A DNA stretch of 64,000 nucleotides from Octopus bimaculoides (lineage: Eukaryota), in assembly GCF_001194135.2 (NCBI RefSeq), contig NC_068983.1, positions 167,428,335 to 167,492,334 on the forward strand, given 5' to 3'. Both the position numbers and the translations under genes were made by a program. Positions within the stretch are counted from its first letter, which is position 1, and every line of letters begins with the position of its first letter. Below, piece after piece: positions 13,056 through 22,724 of the stretch. The notes beneath the pieces are model-generated. The model had not been told where the DNA came from and did no database searches. It saw only the letters and a program-made list of their open reading frames with translations.

Positions 13056-15467
13056 TTACTTCTTCCGACCACCTCTTTCTTTGAGTTGCAAGTTGATACT
13101 TGCTCCATGGGGAAGATTGTAAAAGGCCAAAGTGTTGGAATCTTTGACAAAGATACCTTCATACTGTAATTTCTGCTTACCAGCAGGAATACTGAGTGCT
13201 TCGTTAAGTTTCGCTTTAATTACAGACACTGAATCAGTAAGTGGTAAAGTAAAGTTCAGCACTTGACCATTGAGATTCCATTCAGGTTTATCTGGAACGT
13301 TTGGCACCAAAACCTTGACCAAAATTGGGTTCTTGTGTGTTCGCAAATATTCTTCTTCTGAAACGAGAGATTCTTCAGTTTTCTGTCGCTTTGATTGGGT
13401 TGGTTGATCATCTTCCTTTGGTGGTGGGGGAGGAACACTGAAATCTGATGTTGAAACTGGTAGTTGTGGCACCGGTGGTTGTGGGGGACGTTGTGAAATG
13501 CCCAAGACATTTCCAAGTGCAGTTGGTGGTGGTCGAGGTGGAAGAATCACCATACTCTGAGGCACGGGGGGACGGGGCATTGGTGGCATCGGAGGTGCTG
13601 GTTGTACAGGAGGTGGTGGTGGGGGCTGTATCTTCATAATATTTGGAGAAATAGTAGTGGTAGATATAGGTGCTGGTGGCATTGGTTTGGGTATTGGGTG
13701 TTGCATAGGTGGATGTATTGGTTTTGATGGTTTGGGCATGGCTGGACCAATTTTCTCCTTCTCTTCATCAGGTACTAAACCCTTCACTTTATGAATAACA
13801 GCAATCTGTTCTTCAATGGTGATATTCTCTCGAGCTTTCTGTGTTACTTTCTCCATCGAAGCTGTGTGTCCATCCCAAACGACTTTCTTCTCTTTTTTCT
13901 CTTCTTCCCCGATCTTTTTACCAATCTGAGTTTCTTCAGCACCAATACCGAAAATATCAGTACGGCGTTCAGCCAGTTGCCTCAAACTGCTACCAATGGC
14001 CAAACCAGGAGCATAAACTTCTTCTTGCTCTCGCTTTTCAGCAATTGAACGATTGCGTTCTTCAATCCACTTGCGGTCAAGCAAACCAATTCGCATGTGT
14101 TCAGGGACTTTATGAGTAGGAATTTTTTCACCGGTGATCGGAGACACCATGAAAGAGTCAGGATTGGGTTCTGTGCTGATTGTTCGGGCCTTAGGGTTGT
14201 AATCCTTACGTACGATAACTTGATCAGGGGTTGGTGGTAAAGGAGGTGGGGGTTGAGGAATGTCACTCGGCGGCGGCGGCGGCGGCGGAGGTTGAGGAGT
14301 GGTCACCTTTTCTATTTTTCTTTCTTCGTCCATCTCATCGTCATCTGAACCTTCGTCCATGTCCAGCACCTGGTTATTGTCAGAAGGTGGAGGAGGACGT
14401 AACTGCGGAGGTATGGGTAGTGGAGGAGGAATAATAGAAGAATGCTTGTTTTTATCATGAACATCTTTTTGTGATTTACCCCCTTTATCTAGAATTATGT
14501 CATCGCTATCCTCTTCATCTGATTCCACTTCCATCGCAACGTCGTTGGTGTTCTCTCCTTTTTCGTAACGTTCCTGTTGGATGACACGAGCCCCAACTTC
14601 TTCCGGGGTTGTCGGAGAAGGGAGATTGCCCACCTCACTTGCTTGGAAATCAACGGTTTCCACCACCACAAAATCATGCCAATCAATCTGGGCATAAGCT
14701 ATACGTTCTTTTTCCAAAGCATCTTCCTCTTTCCGTCGCTCCCGTTCTTGGTACTTGGCCCACTCAACACGATATTTGACTTGTTCTAAAATGTGTTTGC
14801 TGACTTGAGACTCTTTCTTCAGCTTGTTGCCAAGGTCTTTGGGTGGAATTAAAATTTTGGTATATTGTTCAACTAGTTTAGTAAAATAATTGAAAAGACT
14901 ATGTTGCGGTCTGAGGAAATCAAATTGGTAATTCCTCTGTTCACGATTCATTAGGTTTGTTAAAAACTGACGACCGTTACGGGCCACAAATTGAGCGGTT
15001 AACTTCACGACATCCAGATCAAAAGCCGAGATCGATGGAGGATCAGCAGTAAATTCAAACTCCGCAGGAGGTTCATTAGGGATAATTGGTTCTATATTTT
15101 TTATAGGTTCGCTCATAGGCTTCAGGGCCATCGCCGCAGTAATAATCTTACTAACAGTCGGCTCTTGGCCTTTGCCATCTTTGAATTCTTTAACTTTATG
15201 CTGATAGTATGCATGGTAGGGATCGGCAGGATTCAAAAAGTTAAACTTTGGGTTATTTACCTCGTTTTGTCTGATCCGACTTTCGAATTCAGGTCCATTT
15301 CGTGCCACAAAACTTGCAGTCTTGTCAACAATGTTTCTCACTTCTGGTGGAGGATAGATAATACCGATTACAGGACGTGTATAAGTTTTTTCTTCTTCAG
15401 ATTTCTCCTCCGGTCCAGGTACTGAGTCTGGAAGCGGTAAGCCTTCTGCTTCCACGGCTGGAGCCAT
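13056..15467 (-). CDS. SF3A1: Splicing factor 3A subunit 1 (SF3a120/Prp21), 803 aa, single coding exon
   Basis: Uninterrupted ORF with two SURP domains (IVDKTASFVARNGPEFE; VVKLTAQFVARNGRQFL), the PRP21-like WHDFVVVETVDF region, Pro-rich tracts and a C-terminal ubiquitin-like domain ending ERGGRKK. The true ATG is at 15467 (ccaaaATGg); the ORF track's MTK prefix is an alternative-start artefact. Confidence 0.98.
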   Translation of the reverse strand: MAPAVEAEGLPLPDSVPGPEEKSEEEKTYTRPVIGIIYPPPEVRNIVDKTASFVARNGPEFESRIRQNEVNNPKFNFLNPADPYHAYYQHKVKEFKDGKGQEPTVSKIITAAMALKPMSEPIKNIEPIIPNEPPAEFEFTADPPSISAFDLDVVKLTAQFVARNGRQFLTNLMNREQRNYQFDFLRPQHSLFNYFTKLVEQYTKILIPPKDLGNKLKKESQVSKHILEQVKYRVEWAKYQERERRKEEDALEKERIAYAQIDWHDFVVVETVDFQASEVGNLPSPTTPEEVGARVIQQERYEKGENTNDVAMEVESDEEDSDDIILDKGGKSQKDVHDKNKHSSIIPPPLPIPPQLRPPPPSDNNQVLDMDEGSDDDEMDEERKIEKVTTPQPPPPPPPPSDIPQPPPPLPPTPDQVIVRKDYNPKARTISTEPNPDSFMVSPITGEKIPTHKVPEHMRIGLLDRKWIEERNRSIAEKREQEEVYAPGLAIGSSLRQLAERRTDIFGIGAEETQIGKKIGEEEKKEKKVVWDGHTASMEKVTQKARENITIEEQIAVIHKVKGLVPDEEKEKIGPAMPKPSKPIHPPMQHPIPKPMPPAPISTTTISPNIMKIQPPPPPPVQPAPPMPPMPRPPVPQSMVILPPRPPPTALGNVLGISQRPPQPPVPQLPVSTSDFSVPPPPPKEDDQPTQSKRQKTEESLVSEEEYLRTHKNPILVKVLVPNVPDKPEWNLNGQVLNFTLPLTDSVSVIKAKLNEALSIPAGKQKLQYEGIFVKDSNTLAFYNLPHGASINLQLKERGGRKK

Positions 15468-15482
15468 TTTGGTCACAAAATA

Positions 15483-15566
15483 CTAAACAAGAAAACAATT
15501 TCCTATTTTATTTAAAGACGTCGATAAACACCAAACAAAATGGCGAGACTGGTTTAATACAATTAC
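15483..15566 (-). other. SF3A1: Predicted 84-nt 5'UTR intron of SF3A1
   Basis: Minus-strand donor GAG|gtaatt at 15566 and acceptor ttgttttcttgtttag| at 15483, 15 nt upstream of the ATG. Confidence 0.7.
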
Positions 15567-15665
15567 CTCCCTTGTATACTTCAGAATTTCCTGTAGACGG
15601 CAGTATATAACTTCCGCCGAGCCCGTGTTTTCTCAACTGTAAGCCCCGAATCACTCTCTTTCCCT
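15536..15665. promoter_or_regulatory. Compact bidirectional promoter shared by SF3A1 and RPL13A
   Basis: CpG-rich. YY1-like CAAAATGGCG (15536-15545), TATATAA (15604-15610), ETS/GABP-like CTTCCG (15611-15616), and a TCT/5'TOP tract ctctctttccct (15654-15665) just before the RPL13A ATG. Confidence 0.75.
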
Positions 15666-15671
15666 GCCATC

Positions 15672-15689
15672 ATGGTGTTCCAACGTCAG
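15672..15689 (+). CDS. RPL13A: 60S ribosomal protein L13a (uL13), coding exon 1 (MVFQRQ)
   Basis: ATG follows the TOP tract. Donor CAG|gtttgt. In frame with exon 2. Confidence 0.85.
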
Positions 15690-16532
15690 GTTTGTTTTTA
15701 AGCTGCTCAATACTTACTTGTATAAGACAAATTTTACAGACAATTTTCTTCTTAAAATTTCGATGGTTAGCTCTGATTCATTATACAGAACCATTTAAGA
15801 AGGTCATATTATGAAATCCTCTTTGCTAATTACAGTAAATCTTGCTTTAAACGGCTTCAGTCGTTAGCTGTTTGCCAAATCTTTGTAAAGATGGCTGAAA
15901 TCCACGTGAACACATGTCTACGATTTTTTCCTCTTTTTCATGCAACTATTAAATTGTTTCTGAATTACTAAAGTGCTTTCGTCTCTCTATAACGAGATCA
16001 TTCTCATTTTTGTAACTTTTCCCTTCCCTTGTAGCTATTTTATAAAACACTTTAATATGATTTTAAGAATTACTACATGTGCTTCACTTCACCATCGTTC
16101 ATTCAGAAGTAGAATAACGTCTGATTTCGGTTTTATTGCAAACCATTTCAGTATTAAATTATTATAAGCTTTATTTAAGCCGAGTTTTCAAAATTTTAAG
16201 ACATATTTCAAGGATGCTTATTTTAAAAAGAAGCAGAAAGGATTATATATTTTTTCTAAAATTAATAGAAATCCTATCCCGCCGTCATTTAATAAACCTC
16301 GTAGAGGCGTGTGACTATTAAATACTTTTAAAACATTGTTGCTTTATATTTTACTAATTATATTGTTAATTGTCTTTTCTACTGATATGGATTATCACAA
16401 TTTTCTCGAAATTGGATAATTTATTTTTTTTGTCCTGGTCTGTCAATCTCTTAACGTGAGAAGTCCATCATCGTAGAAAGTCTTTAAAAATACTTGTGGT
16501 TGTATCGTAAGATTTATTTTTCTTTTCTTCAG

Positions 16533-16605
16533 CCCATCGTAATCGATGCCAGTGGGCATCTTTTGGGGCGTTTGTCAGCAGTCGTAGCGAAAAGTCTTTT
16601 GCAAG
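16533..16605 (+). CDS. RPL13A: RPL13A exon 2 (PIVIDASGHLLGRLSAVVAKSLLQG)
   Basis: uL13 N-terminal motif, with ttcag| acceptor and |gtgagt donor. Confidence 0.97.
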
Positions 16606-17024
16606 GTGAGTAGAAGGCACTGTTCCTAATCATTTTACTTTAAAATGTGATATTTTCCTTTCTAAGGATAATATCTCCTAAAGCCGTTTGTTACAATGAC
16701 TTGATTCAAGACAAATTACTGAAAATTAAAAGGCCTAGTCCATTAAATCACGGGTTTGCGTTTTTGAAAACTCTTGCCGTAACGTGAATTTTCGTAATGC
16801 GAAACGCACTTTCATATTTCGAGGGAGATGGGTTTCACATTAGCGGCATTTTCAGGAGAGCGTTGTTTGTATTCGTAATGCGAGGGATGAATGGTAAAAA
16901 AAAAAAAGTAGCATTTCGTTTTAGTAATGTTTTTTTTTTTTTTTTTTGGAAACCTCCAGTTGTAGAAATTTTTGATATCCCGCAGAGTTTTTCTTACGGA
17001 AAGTTTTCTACTTGGATATTTTAG

Positions 17025-17090
17025 GACAAAGAATGGTAATTGTCCGGTGCGAAGGTATCAATATTTCAGGCCATTTCCACAGAAATAAAA
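17025..17090 (+). CDS. RPL13A: RPL13A exon 3 ([21 protein letters not shown])
   Basis: Conserved [10 protein letters not shown]. Canonical splice sites and consistent phase. Confidence 0.97.
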
Positions 17091-18264
17091 GTAAGTATTT
17101 TATTAATTTCGTACAATTTATTATGCATTTTATTTACTAACGTTGTTGCAGGATACATCTCACGAATGCTTTGGATGCGTCCTCACTGATATTACTTGCG
17201 GGATTTCGAGACATTCAATATCGGATCCCCATTGACCTAGCCGGGGTTGAGTCCCGGCTTTCATTCCAGCAGCAGCAAACCATCAAACTGTTCCTTTTTT
17301 TTTATTCAAAGTTACCCAGTACCTTTTCGGCATCTTTGGTCATGGAATGTACAGCCCTTTTCTTTTGTTGCACCATGGGTCTCCCAAATCCCTCAGCTTT
17401 ATCTTTTATTTGTTTCAGTTATTGGACTGTGGCCATGCTGGTGCACTGCCTTGTGTGTTAGTAAAATTAATTACAGATTAAAAATTTTTTTTTTTGTAAC
17501 AAGAATTGCCACAATTCTGGCACTATGGAGACTTCACAAATATCATTTTGTTTCTGTTCTTTGTCCTTGTTCAGTCGATCATTAATGGAGAGGGTTGTAT
17601 TTGCCACACAAGTCTAAGGCCTCGTGGTTCAGTGGTTCATTATTTACTTGATGCTAGGATGTGAAATATCTTATCTCTATAAATTTCAAGATAGTTTTAA
17701 GGTTCTACTGTTGATTTCATCTTAACATAATAAATTCCAGCAAAACGAGCCCCCTAAAATGACACGAGCGTCTCCTCTCTTTACCACATATGAATGATCG
17801 GTCACCTAATTATTTTTTATCCAGACAGATAAGGTATTTGTTGAAATAGATTTTTGCCCATTATGATCTCCTTAATAGGAGCTGATATAAATTCGGAATG
17901 ATTGATAGCTCTTGTCGCACTTTACTGAGTGAGTAAAAGAGATATACAGAGAGCGCACATACTAAGCTTGATGGCAGGCAATGAGTAAAAAAACAGTGTA
18001 TGCAGAAAGAATCTAGACAGGAGGATGAGAGGGAGTAAATGAGTAGTTATGAGAAATTTATTTTATTTGAAGGTGATGGTTTTCTTTTGAAAACGGGTAT
18101 TTCATTTTGTAAAAATTAAATTATAATTGTATGTTATGATTATGTAAGATTACCTATGGTGGCAAGAGTATAATTCCAAATTTACCCTTATGACAGGCAA
18201 CACTAANNNNNNNNNNTGTTAAAGGCTTGCCCTCAATTTCATTCTCTGTCAATTTCTTTTTCAG

Positions 18265-18366
18265 TGAAGTATTTAGATTATCTTCGAAAAAGATGTAATG
18301 TCAATCCCAGAAGAGGACCCTTCCATTTCAGGGCTCCCAGCAAAATTTTCTTTAGGACAGTCAGAG
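18265..18366 (+). CDS. RPL13A: RPL13A exon 4 ([35 protein letters not shown])
   Basis: Conserved NPxRGPxHFRAPS. Canonical splice sites. Confidence 0.97.
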
Positions 18367-18413
18367 GTAAGATTGTTTTGGAACATTCTCAATAAGTTTG
18401 GCAAAGTTGTTCT

Positions 18414-18501
18414 GGCCTATTGTCTGTGATGACCGTACACCGAATTGAATACAATAAATGAAAGTTCCAATTCATGCACTTCCAACTGAGACTATAAGGC
18501 C
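18414..18501 (+). ncRNA. Box C/D snoRNA, U33(SNORD33)-like copy 1, variant guide
   Basis: Box C GTGATGA 18426-18432, box D CTGA 18486-18489, terminal stems gtc/gac and ggcct/aggcc, D-guide TTCATGCACTTCCA. Confidence 0.85.
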
Positions 18502-20052
18502 ATTGTTCTGTTCTTGTTCTTAACCGCTATTTGGTGTGAGTGCTACAAATTAAAGTATCCAAAATTAATCAAATGTTCTATGATTGTGGAAATGCCATCA
18601 AGCAATTCAGATAGTTTTGGTGTGTTTCAAACAAAACTTTTTCATGTTGGACAGTTACAAGACATTTCCTTCAGTCTGTTAGAAATAGACACTACTTCTC
18701 TCTGCTATTTAAATAAAGGAAGGATACTAGACACTAAGGATGATGTGATATCTTCGATAACCTCTAGAACCAAGTGTGGTCTCAGACAGGTGATATTTAA
18801 AGGGGTTAGCAGTGATTAGCATGTCTGAGCTTTTACAAATAGGAATAAGCTTTGCAATTGTACACCAGTCCTTTTCCAGCATAGCATAAGGTTTTTTTTT
18901 TTTCATATTTATATTGCATTCCATTACAGAACAAAATAATTATTCTGTTCCCAATTTTGCCTGTGGATTGTACACAAAGGGTTGCATAATTAACTAATGG
19001 ATTCTCGCCAGTTGTCTTTGAGGATTCTATACCGACATGGATGTAGTTTTATAAGCATCTGTTAAATAAAAACAAAATTCTAAACGTCTGAAAATTTCAG
19101 TTTATCGCTTACTATTCTCAGAAACTTATTTGATATTCAGTTGAGACATTAACTATTGTTAGAAGCTTCAATATTTGATGATGATTTAGCATCCACTTTT
19201 CCATGCTCATCACATGTATTCAAGGCAAGTTTTCTACAACTGGGTATCCTTACCGTTGCCATTGTATGCTGGTGACATGATGATGATTGAAAAAAAAAGG
19301 AAACAGTAGAATGCACACACACACATGCGCCGTGTGGTTGGCTTCTTTGTTTCCATCTACCAAATCCACTCAGAGAGCTTCGATTATTCAGATGCTTTGG
19401 TAGAGGACATCTGTCCAAGGTGCCATGCATTGGGACTGAACCTGGAGTCATGCTATTTGGAAGCAAACTTCTTACCATGAAGCCATGCTAATTTTCACCA
19501 GTCAGTACTGACACTATTTTTCGTCAGGTTGACCATGGCAGGATTTGAGCTCCAGACCTAGTTGAAATAGTATTTTCTATCCAACATTCCAATGCAGTGT
19601 TTCTCAACTGAGCTTCACTGGAACCCTAGGGTTCCGCAGGACACTGCTCTAAGGACTTTCTGAATTAAACACCTTAAACTCTGGCGATCAAGCATCAATT
19701 AATGTTCGTTTCCTAAGCTGACATGGATTGGCTTGACAGGATTTGGTTCCACTGTCAGTTTTGGCATAGTTTTCATGGCTGGATGCCCTTCCTAAATGCC
19801 AACACATTGTTACAGTCTGTGCCACCAGAACTGGTGAGTTTGCCAAGTAAACTACAGTGTTTAGAATGGGGTGGGTGGGAAAGCCTCCATCGATTATGTA
19901 AAGGGTAGTATTTGTGGAGTGAGGGGCTTCTGAATGCTAAAGTTCATTTGACTTCCTTTTGTCATGTTCTGAATGTGTTCAACTTGTTCTTTTTCTTTTG
20001 GCAATGCCCTGCTGATTGCTCTTAACACTGGCTACTTTTGTGAAAAATGCTG

Positions 20053-20139
20053 TTTCGGCCTCTTCTGTCTATGATGATCGTACAGTCATGAAAGCAATGA
20101 TTATTACACACATGCACTACCAACTGAGACTGGCCGAAA
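20053..20139 (+). ncRNA. Box C/D snoRNA, U33(SNORD33)-like copy 2, canonical guide (18S Um at the human U1326 equivalent)
   Basis: Box C ATGATGA 20071-20077, box D CTGA 20124-20127, 8-bp stem tttcggcc/ggccgaaa. Guide CACATGCACTACCA is complementary to the conserved 18S UGGUGGUGCAUG and matches human U33 as I recall it. Confidence 0.9.
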
Positions 20140-20217
20140 TGCATTTTGCAAATGCCAAAGATTTTGTGTTGCTGGTACATTTATTTCTTTTGACCTTCTT
20201 TGTTAGTCATTGGTTTA

Positions 20218-20500
20218 TCATTATATCATTGTTTAACGGCCATTTTCAATGCTGGCATGGGTTGGACGGTTTCACTGAGGTCTGGAGAGCCAGATGGCTG
20301 CACCAGGCTCCAAACTGATCTGGCAACATTTCTACAGCTGGATGCCCTTCCTAATTAATGCCAACCACTCTGGGTGCTTTTTATGTACCACCGGCACAGG
20401 GGCCAGTCAGGTGGGCCTGGCATTGATTACATTTGGATAGTGAGTCCGGGTACTGGCGTCAACCACTTTCGGATGGTGCCTTTTATATGCCATTGGCACG
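20218..20500 (-). mobile_element. RTE LINE 3'UTR fragment (5'-truncated) in RPL13A intron 4
   Basis: Minus strand reads ...ggaagggcatccagctgtagaa...ccaacccatgccagcattgaaaatggccgttaaacaatgat. Confidence 0.8.
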
Positions 20501-20880
20501 GATTTGGTTTTAGCTAGAAAGTAATAGAACAGGCACTGAGAGAATGAGCTGCTCTTAGCTTTTACATTTCTTCCATTATACAACCCTATGTTGAAAGATG
20601 CTGCTTTCATTTCAATTAATTTTGAAAATAATGAAGAAATTAGTGAAATAGCTTTGTCGTTAAACTGGTGCTTGGACAGTAAATTAACCTGAAATTTGGA
20701 TGGCATATTACATTAAACAGTTTATATAAGAACTAAGAGGCTGTCTCAGGCAGATTAGCAAACTACAAATAGAAGTGATGTGGCTTTATGACTGAGTGAT
20801 GTGTCTGTGTGTGCTGCAAATTGGTGCTCTGTTATATAGCGGGATAGAGTATAAGTTCCGTGTAATTATCAAGGTGTTTT

Positions 20881-20965
20881 GGCCTGTTGTCTATGATGAT
20901 CATTCACCAAAAAAAAGTATTTAATGATTGTACATCTTCATGCACTTCCACCTGAGACTCAGGCC
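20881..20965 (+). ncRNA. Box C/D snoRNA, U33(SNORD33)-like copy 3, variant guide
   Basis: Box C ATGATGA 20893-20899, box D CTGA 20952-20955, stems gtc/gac and ggcctg/caggcc, D-guide TTCATGCACTTCCA. Confidence 0.85.
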
Positions 20966-21283
20966 TAAAACCCTTGTTATTTTTTTGTCTTTGTTACAAT
21001 TTATGTAAATTTTGTGATTTATCTAGTAAAAAAAAAAAAAAAGGACGTAGTTGTAACAGTGTGGGAGCAGTATTGTTTCTCCTTAAAAGTGGGTTTATTT
21101 GTTCAGCAGGTTGTGTGTTGAGGAAAGGAGTGTATTACCCAGGTTTTAAAATCTGTTTCTGTGAGGTAATACAATAAACCCTTTTGAGACCCTTCTGGAT
21201 TTAAGGTGATGTAAAAGTTAACATCGGGATTTCATGTTTATCTTATGAAAACTAAAAGACAAAAGTTATTTTACTACATCTAC

Positions 21284-21386
21284 CAAATCAGATTGGAGCC
21301 TGGTGTAGCCATCTGGTTCGCCAGTCCTCAGTCAAACTGTCCAACCCATGCTAGCATGGAAGGTGGACGTTAAACGATGATGATGA
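21284..21386 (+). mobile_element. RTE LINE 3' end fragment with (GAT)n tail
   Basis: ccaacccatgctagcatggaaggtggacgttaaacgatgatgatg. Confidence 0.8.
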
Positions 21387-22019
21387 GTCTTCATTTTCAA
21401 AATTAAATAAACGAAACTGTATTTTGATGGAAATATGGTAAGAAAAGAGTGAATATTGTGGAGTATTTCAGCTACCATCTTTTTATCCATTTGGTTTGAG
21501 ATTTTTATTTGTTCTCTCTCTGCCAAGACCATCAAGTGTTGTGGTTCTCATTTCTTGGAGAAAATGAACAAATTTGATGCCTGGGTGAGATTGGATTATA
21601 ATGTTCCTCCACTTGACTGCTGCAAGTTAAAACCTGATGAGAGGGAATTGGCGAGGAGCTGCACAGCAACTCTGAGGTACAAGGGCCATTTATAGTTGCA
21701 GTGGAGACAGTCCAGAGGGACTTTCTCTTGCTGCATGCAGCAGCACCATCTTAGATGAGAACAATTCATAATTGTGGACTTCACCTGAGCTTTATAGTGT
21801 CACTAATTGTTGAGGGTTGGAATATTTTATGGCCCTTATCTTCAGAACCAATCTTAGATATTTGAAGGATGTGTTTTTTCCAATTAGAGATACTTTTTGT
21901 GTGATCTGCAGTTCACCACTCTGTAAATTTATGGTCAAAAACGTGAACAATGCTACTGCACAGTTCAATTACGGAATGTATGATCAGAATTTTAAAAAAA
22001 AACAGCTTGGCATTGCCCG

Positions 22020-22203
22020 GCCCTTGTGCTGGTGGCACGTAAAAAGCACTCACTACACTCTTGGAGTGGTTGGCGTTAGGAAGGGCATCCAGCTGTAGAA
22101 ACTTTGCCAGATCAGATTGGAGCCTGGTGCAGCCATTTGGTTTGCCAGTCCTCAGTCAAACCATCCAACCCATGGAATATGGATGTTAAACGATGATGGT
22201 GAT
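22020..22203 (+). mobile_element. RTE LINE 3' end fragment
   Basis: Same family as 20218-20500, in the opposite orientation. Confidence 0.8.
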
Positions 22204-22361
22204 TATGAGATCTGCCTGAACAAAGATGAAAATTAACAAAAGACTGTCTACTGCCATCTGGAGTGTTGATGAATGAGGGTGACGAGATGTGAAATTTGTT
22301 TTATATCTATTTTAGTAGTTGCTGTATCGTTGTACTTTTTGTTGTTGTTTTTTTTCTTTAG

Positions 22362-22507
22362 GTATGCTTCCTCATAAAATTAAGCGTGGAAAAGATGCTC
22401 TTGGCCGACTGAAGGCATTCGAGGGTATCCCTCCTCAATACAACAAAAAGAAGCGAATGATTGTTCCAGCAGCTCTCCGAATCATTCGTTTAAAACCTGG
22501 CCGAAAG
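22362..22507 (+). CDS. RPL13A: RPL13A exon 5 ([48 protein letters not shown])
   Basis: Conserved GMLPHK and GIPPxY. Canonical splice sites. Confidence 0.98.
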
Positions 22508-22724
22508 GTAAATATAGAATGTTTTGTTGTTGGTCAGATCAGCCTCTTGCAGTTTCTCCTCTGCATTCAACATTGTCATCACTCAAGTTAGGATTGACGA
22601 CCCTTTGGACACAAGCAAATCTTTAGAATAACAGCAAGAGACTGACTTGGCTAAAATTAATCTGTTCTATGGTATTCAGTACTCTATCTTTTGGCAGTCA
22701 ACACTACACATTTACTCTTTTCTG

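Noticed and set aside
13256-15425. Short ORFs overlapping SF3A1 in other frames or on the other strand
   Set aside because: Shadow ORFs of a GC-richer, Pro-rich CDS.
16088-16100. TTCACCATC, resembling the U32A 28S guide, in intron 1
   Set aside because: Only 9 nt, with no box C or D' and no terminal stem.
17157-17165. ATCTCACGA, resembling the U35 guide
   Set aside because: Only 8-9 nt of complementarity and no C/D boxes around it.
17899-17913. GATTGATAGCTCTT, a 14-nt match to 18S rRNA
   Set aside because: Sense orientation, so it cannot be a guide, and there is no box C. A match this long is expected by chance between 64 kb and rRNA.
18740-18828. ATGATGT...CTGA pair in intron 4 as a seventh snoRNA
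   Set aside because: Non-canonical box C, negligible terminal stem, no recognisable antisense element.
21634-21660. CTGATGA as a second hammerhead (also at about 56877)
   Set aside because: No stem II closed by GAAA downstream.
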